A program made the translations under genes and the position numbers. DNA of 56,863 nt, counting the filler, from Sphacelaria rigidula (Eukaryota), in the NCBI GenBank assembly GCA_964200075.2. It is 3 parts of 3 records of this genome, joined end to end, with 100 filler letters (N's around TTAATTAATTAA, not from the genome) between each part and the next. Parts side by side here need not be neighbours in the genome. Positions count along the whole stretch, not along the records: positions 37,978 to 56,863 come from CAXNAA020000771.1; 2 more parts are not named here. The stretch is one strand, 5' to 3'. The first letter of the stretch is position 1; each line of letters starts with the position of its first letter. This document shows positions 50,936 through 56,863 of the stretch, piece after piece. Below the pieces are notes generated by a model. The model saw only the letters and a list, made by a program, of their open reading frames with translations, did not search any database and was not told the origin of the DNA.

Positions 50936-53900
50936 GCGATGTCAGCTTTTTTACCACAGATGAAGGGGAAACCGTCACGAGGCTCCCTGGGTCTTTTATC
51001 ACTAATGGAAATTAGACGACGCCAACACCTGACATCAACGAGATATCACGGTTTCGGGTATAATTCGACCCCGTGGTAACCGTTTTCGAATGTTATTTTC
51101 GTGAGGTTCCCGAGCCGATGACGGTTAATACGATTTGAAGCATTTGGAGGTTGGGTGGAAATTGGGCTTGGAATTCGTATATTCGATCTCGGAACAATTT
51201 GACGGGCGCTGGTTGGTCGATATACCTTTTCGCCCTTAGCGCCACCACTACAGCCTTACACTTAAATCCAGCTAGGTTACGCTCTTCAGCTGTCCATGGC
51301 GATCAGTATGATGTCATGTATGCGACTATTGGGTATGTATTGCGAAAGGCATTTGCTGATGACACAATTTTGGGTGATGAGCGTGAACCAGCCTGTATAT
51401 TGATTTTCATACCCCTCTTCCAAGTTTTCGAAGCTGGAGCAAGTTGTTGACAGCATCGGTCGTATCCCCACATTCTCCACCCGGTTCGTTGGCATTTTTA
51501 TACTTGTATCGAAGATTTCACCGAGAGAAGCAATAGCTTGCTTCGCGCAAAAAAAATCATGTTCCATGTGCTACAAAACAGAGTACGAGCAGGGCCAGGA
51601 GGAAATCCCGCACTCGGTACCACACCATACCCCAAGAAAAATGTTGATCGAATTCACGACCCACAACTGGAGATTCTGTATCACTTGGATTAAAGTGGCG
51701 ACTCCTCATTTTTTTGGTCGGACCAGCTTGTAGGGTAGATCATCCACAGATTCTGTTAAATCGACATGATTTACACTTGAACGAGAAGGTTGATGATGGC
51801 AATTCAGCAGGTTACCTGTTATACGACCCTTTCAACCTATCGATCGCCACTACCCTGGCGGTCAAATAGTTTACGGTTACGTGTTGTAATGAAAAAGGAG
51901 AGTCGAGTGCTCATTCAAGAGGGATGGGTAGTGTGGCGAATATTTTTCAAGCTAAAAAATGTCAATCCTCAACAAAAAAGCGGCCCTGAAAAACTTCTAA
52001 TAATATCATCGCCGACTGTTAGTCAGCCTGTCATGTACGTGGACAGATACTAGGTTAGACACATTCGATAGAAAGTTCATCAACCAGTCTATCCTGGACA
52101 AATCGAATAAATCTGGCTTGCTGCGGTTGTATATCAAGAACGATTCCCCCCCCGACACCACCTGTCATTACGACGATACTGCTTTTAGTACCAGTACGCC
52201 CAGCTGTCTGTCGGAGACAAATCGAACCTCAGCTTTTTCAGCAAAAAACTGAATGGCTCATAATATACTGTACTGTACATACATACGTCCGCGTTCCATC
52301 ATGATCGCACTACTGCAGGTGAAAAGTAGGTGCTGCTGACTATGAGACAGACCTGTACCGTAGCGATAACCAAATAGTGACTGACTGGATCAATTCCCCC
52401 CCTCCCCCCCCCCCTCCCAAAAAACGGTTCCTTCTTTTTTGTTTTCAACCGTCCATTTTTATTTTTCATTATTCATTTCATTCAGTGTTCTCAATCATGA
52501 ACGATATGCAGCAGACAGCTGAATGAAGAAGGCTTGGTTGCCAATAGCGAAAAAAAAGAAGTAGATCTACTAATGAGCTAGCTATCCGGAACCGAGCCGA
52601 ACAACAAACCAAAATCATGAATCGGAACACAAAAATATTTAACCACGGAGACTTCGCAGGGGAAACGAAATGCGGGTACAGCGTGTCTGCCTCTTTCGCC
52701 ACGTGTACGTGAGTACACCATGTAGATTAAAGTCAGTGCTCTCAACGAGAAGACCGACCTACATCTACTCATTATGCACGAGTTTATATGGAACCAGCGT
52801 GGGACTATAGCATGCACCCCCACGCCAATCAACCCTCCCAGCAGCTATTTGTCGCACTCTACACACATGTTCACCAGCTACGGCAAAAAATAAAAAGTAA
52901 CATTTCATTAATATTCTAGATCAATCATTGATATTTGGAGATGTCTCAAGGAGCCGGCGTGCCACAACACTCGAAAGACTCCGACGCGTTCGTTTCATGT
53001 CTCCCGGAAACGCACGCATTGTGATTGATTGGTTTCACCAACAAAAAAAAGGGAGAAATAAAATAAATAAAATAACAACAAAAACAAATAACAACAACAA
53101 CGCTACAACAGCAAGGACAGTCAAACGTCATTAATAAAGAGCGTCCACATCACATCTGCACATGCTGAACGCATGCGTGTTCCTTGATCGCTTTTTACAC
53201 CCCCGCTCAAGGAAGCATCACCGGGCTCATACGATGGTCTCTTCAAAACGCTGTGCATTGTGTCAAAAAGGGGAAGGATCGCACCACAGACTCACCACAG
53301 AACGCGAATAGGATCGGACGGACGGACGTCAAACCGACACATCTCCAGTGCTTTTTCCCGACACGCTTCATTCGCTTCCATCACAACACCGGAAAAGTAA
53401 CCCCGTTGTCCCAAGAAAAATCGCACATTAATCTTGTTAGGACCGGAGCGGACTAACCAGTGATGAGGGCGTTCCGTGACTCGGCATCATTTTCACGCAA
53501 AAACGAGTGAAAAGATTCCCACTCACACCGGCATGTTCGTGCAAACCAGGGGTCCATTCCTTGCTAGTGGGAGTGCGGTCACAAAAGGGTCACTCACGTC
53601 CGCACCGGGGGTTTCTAGAGGGTGTAGCGGTATTCCAAGTGTACCCGGGTGGGGGGCGGGGAGGGAGAGGGCTGGTCTCCTACACGTAACGATATCACAA
53701 TCTACGTCTGTACTATTGCCATCACATCTCCGCCGCGATTCCTATATCAGCTGGCTTGTAAGGTAACAGCCAAAAAGCACACAAAAATCACACAAAACAT
53801 GCTCAATTTCGATCGTTCTTCACTTTGCTGTAACTTTTCCCCCTCCCCTTGATCGTTCGTGTGGCAACATCACCCCCCCCCCCCCTGCCGCCGAACAAAT

Positions 53901-54293
53901 TGGGAGCAAAATAAGAAGAGGAAAAGTTCACAACAATCAACTAACTATAGACTCTGTTTTGAAGCGTAATATACAATATAATATGCATAGTGTTCCACGC
54001 TGAAATACCTGTTCCACAGTTTCATCACTCGATAGGAATCGAAAGAAAAGAAAAGAAAAAAGAAAAAAGAAGAAAGGAATAATGAAAAAAAAAATACTGA
54101 AAAAACGTGCCAATCGATTTCAACTTACAAGCACCCTAAACGTGAAACGCCCTCCTCTCCCTCCCCTCTCCGCCCCCGCGATCAAGGGCCCGACTGCAGA
54201 CCAGCGCTTTTCGCCAACACTTCTCCCTTTCCTATGTCGCAATGATTGCAGATGAGACAAAACAGCATCCCCAGGTATTTATTTGGATAAAAG

Positions 54294-54422
54294 TCAAGTA
54301 CTCTCCGGGGTGCTTTTTGGTGTGGCGCCCGTTCCCGCTCCCGTTTCCGAGCCCGAGCCCGTTCCTGTCCTCGCCCCCCCGCCTGCAGGGCCTTCGCCGT
54401 CCGCCCCGCTGTCGGCGTTACT
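54294..54422 (-). CDS. Possible terminal exon of an unknown gene (G/T/S-rich tail)
   Basis: Good acceptor tgctgatcttgccttcctccag| followed by a GC-rich open frame SNADSGADGEGPAGGGARTGTGSGSETGAGTGATPKSTPEST-stop. Frame ambiguous, no homology recognised. Confidence 0.35.
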   Translation of the reverse strand, partial: SNADSGADGEGPAGGGARTGTGSGSETGAGTGATPKSTPEST

Positions 54423-54652
54423 CTGGAGGAAGGCAAGATCAGCACAAGGGTGAACGCAAAATGCCGTTTTCAACTGGTGTGCCGTTGCTCGGCTATTTTC
54501 CAATCCGGGTTCATGTCCTGATGGCCCATCTATTTTCAACGTGAGGGTAGTGCCGCCGATCAGCTCGTCAGTCACACCTGGGTACTGTGGCGGAAATCAC
54601 TTCTCTGAAAAAAACGTGTATCCCGTGCCACTTTTTCACCATCGATAATTTA

Positions 54653-55100
54653 CACACGTCGGACGGATCATCACCTGTCACCCGGGTCATATAGGTAGAG
54701 TGTGAGCACATTTGTGCACACGATTCGAATCACACAGGGCAACTAGTCATGGAACGGTTCTCGTGTTTCGGGTATCATTCATCACGAGGGAGGTATCGTG
54801 AACGAGGTATACAGGATGTTGGCGTTTCGAGTACACCTGGTTCTGATCACACAGGTATGCCCAAGGAGGTGATGTACGGATAAAAAGAGTATAAAAATCA
54901 CCTATGGAAACCCTGGAACAAATACTTTGGTCATACAGATCACCATCAAGCGAACTTGTACGAATCACAGGGTCATACAGAATACTTATAAGGCCATGTA
55001 TACAGAGCAAACAGATTTTTGAGATCACCAGCCGAGAAACATGTATAGTTTATACGGGTCATACGGGTACAGATCAATCGCGAACCGCAAAGGTCATACC
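54653..55100. mobile_element. Truncated relative of the 34.5-kb MITE with decayed internal ATACAGATCA-type repeats
   Basis: Begins CACACGTCGGACGGATCATCACCTGTC, matching the 34.5-kb TIR. No second TIR found. Confidence 0.5.
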
Positions 55101-56299
55101 GCTGATCGTCGGGCAGGCTTGCGGGGGCCATCCGTGCTTCACCAACGCTGGCAACATACACGTCGGTGACTCTTCCCCGGAATTTTTTGTCAGACGCTGG
55201 CCAAACAGCGCCATGATGAGTAAACTGAGCATATAGCTATATCTTGTTTCTCTCGTTTCCCGCGGCGCACGAGTGCACATCCTGAGTGAGGAGATACGAA
55301 AAAAAGTCGTCTATACTGCCACTGGCACAACTGGACGTACGTCTCATCTACGCGAATCACAACCATCGTTCCTCACCGCTACGGCTACGGCTACCGCAGT
55401 GAAAAACGTCCAAACTGCGTTCCGACACGACGCTCAGCGCTAACAGCACACGAAAAAAAAACGCGACCAAGTCAAGTCAATGCTCATGCTCAGAGGCCGC
55501 TGCTGTAGTTACTATTTGATTGTGAACTGGGTGGGTGTTGCAATCAGCAAAGCGATGCGTGTTGTGCAAGATGACCTAGCTCGTCAGGCCCACGACACAT
55601 CCCGTTTCTTCGACACGTCTACACTGTGTTGAGCATGCGAGGATATCAAAGCGCAAGAGTGATACTCGTACACTCCACCAATCAGTCCTGCGCAGGGATC
55701 CTACGGTAGGGGTGCATTTTTCAGTCCAAAAGTTTCCTTACGCTGCACACAATGGCCGATGTTTCTCATGGACAGGTTCCGACAGTGCCGAGCCTCAGAG
55801 AAAAACTATACACGCCCTACCGTGAAAGCACTCGGAATGAATATACATATACGTAGTTCATGTTCCATATGCCCGGGCTGCTATAGTCAACCTAGGCACT
55901 TGTGAATATGCACAATGTACCCGGGCCATACGAGCTGGGCCAACAGTACATCTCGCATTTGCGTCTCCAACCATAACTCGTCAAGTTTACCAAATCAACT
56001 CGACTCGAGCATATCGCTGTGAACTGCAGACCAACCTGATAATGCACAGCACCACCGCTGGTCGATTGGCGAAGTTTTGGCGATGATGTTATTGTACTGC
56101 ATTGAGAACCGGCAATGTGTCGTGCTGTTGCGTGATAGCGTGTTTGATGACGTTTCGTTTAATCAAGTACGGTGGAATTACGGCAGGGAATTGCGCCGCA
56201 CAGGCACGCGTTGACTCGACATGCGCAAGCGCACTGGTATGAGCAATGCTGCAAGATGGCACCAAGGTTGTCAACAGCTTTATCATGGGAGAGAACCCT

Positions 56300-56478
56300 C
56301 CAGTCGACGGTCATTTACCACCGGAAGAGGGAGAAGTACTACCTCGAACTGCGCTATACACCCCACAGATGCAAGGCGCCATGCCAGATCATGCGCAAAA
56401 ATAAAATGGTCGTGTCGGGATTCGAACTCGTGACTTCTGTAATGAGAAGCGGTTTCACCAGTTGGACCACCGGGTGCC
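56300..56478 (-). mobile_element. Second tRNA-derived SINE-like head (different family)
   Basis: Minus strand GGCACCCGGTGGTCCAACTGGTGAAACCGCTTCTCATTACAGAAGTCACGAGTTCGAATCCCG: A-box-like, stem GCTTCT/AGAAGT and B box GTTCGAATC, but no acceptor stem. 3' limit uncertain. Confidence 0.5.
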
Positions 56479-56491
56479 AAACGAAAAATTG

Positions 56492-56706
56492 GATGGGGTG
56501 AGTAATTCGAAGAGTTAGGCGCTGTAATTTTGACAAAATATTTTCATTGTCACTACGCACAACAATTTTCTAGATTTTGCAGAAACTTCAAATCGCTATA
56601 ACTTCCTGCTTTTTGTTCTGGCATCCCCAGAATTGTTATGCGTAGTGATGATGAAAATATTGTGTCAAAATTTCAGCGCCCAACTCTTCGAATTACCCAC
56701 CGCATC
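56492..56706. mobile_element. 215-bp MITE-like element with ~75-bp terminal inverted repeats
   Basis: GGTG.GTAATTCGAAGAGTT.GGCGCTG.AATTTTGACA.AATATTTTCAT...TCACTACGCA.AACAATT is present inverted at both ends. No clear TSD. Confidence 0.8.
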
Positions 56707-56863
56707 GCTAAAATACATTCAAAAATCACTGTCAGCTGGCCCAGCCTGTACAGGTTACTGAAGCAGGTGGGGAATACTGGACATTTTTCTTTGTATACGA
56801 GCTGGGCCAGCCTAAAAACGGATTTAAGCTCTAAAAGCAATATCTCATCGACACAGACGAGTT

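Noticed and set aside
56405..56478. Functional tRNA gene (also the SINE heads at 9280-9350 and 38660-38731)
   Set aside because: A/B boxes are present but there is no complete cloverleaf or acceptor stem; the heads of the main family are fused to a repeated body.

Overview
Eukaryotic, intron-rich genomic DNA, most likely a brown alga (Phaeophyceae), judged from two stramenopile fucoxanthin-chlorophyll a/c (LHCF) genes and the exon/intron style. The window is three assembled blocks joined by artificial 100-bp spacers (44N-TTAATTAATTAA-44N at 18891-18990 and 37878-37977), so adjacency across them is unverified. Block 1 holds a large multi-exon minus-strand gene for a low-complexity protein of unknown function (with a probable GC-AG intron), a repeat/MITE cluster at 13.4-15.7 kb and one orphan exon of a hexose-6-phosphate 1-epimerase. 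Block 2 holds a subtilisin-like (S8) protease with 9 reconstructable in-phase exons and a complete D/H/S triad; its 5' end was not found. It also holds a MITE with an 8-bp TSD and a decayed ~42-bp minisatellite. Block 3 holds the terminal exon of a purple/type-5 acid phosphatase, several copies of a tRNA-derived (CA)n-tailed SINE including a SINE-in-SINE insertion, a head-to-head LHCF pair sharing a 489-bp intergenic region with a central dyad, and a foldback array of long inverted repeats. I cannot demonstrate a new biological system from sequence alone. The best leads are the self-targeting SINE, the bidirectional LHCF promoter, the foldback hairpin arrays and the microexon carrying the protease catalytic Asp.
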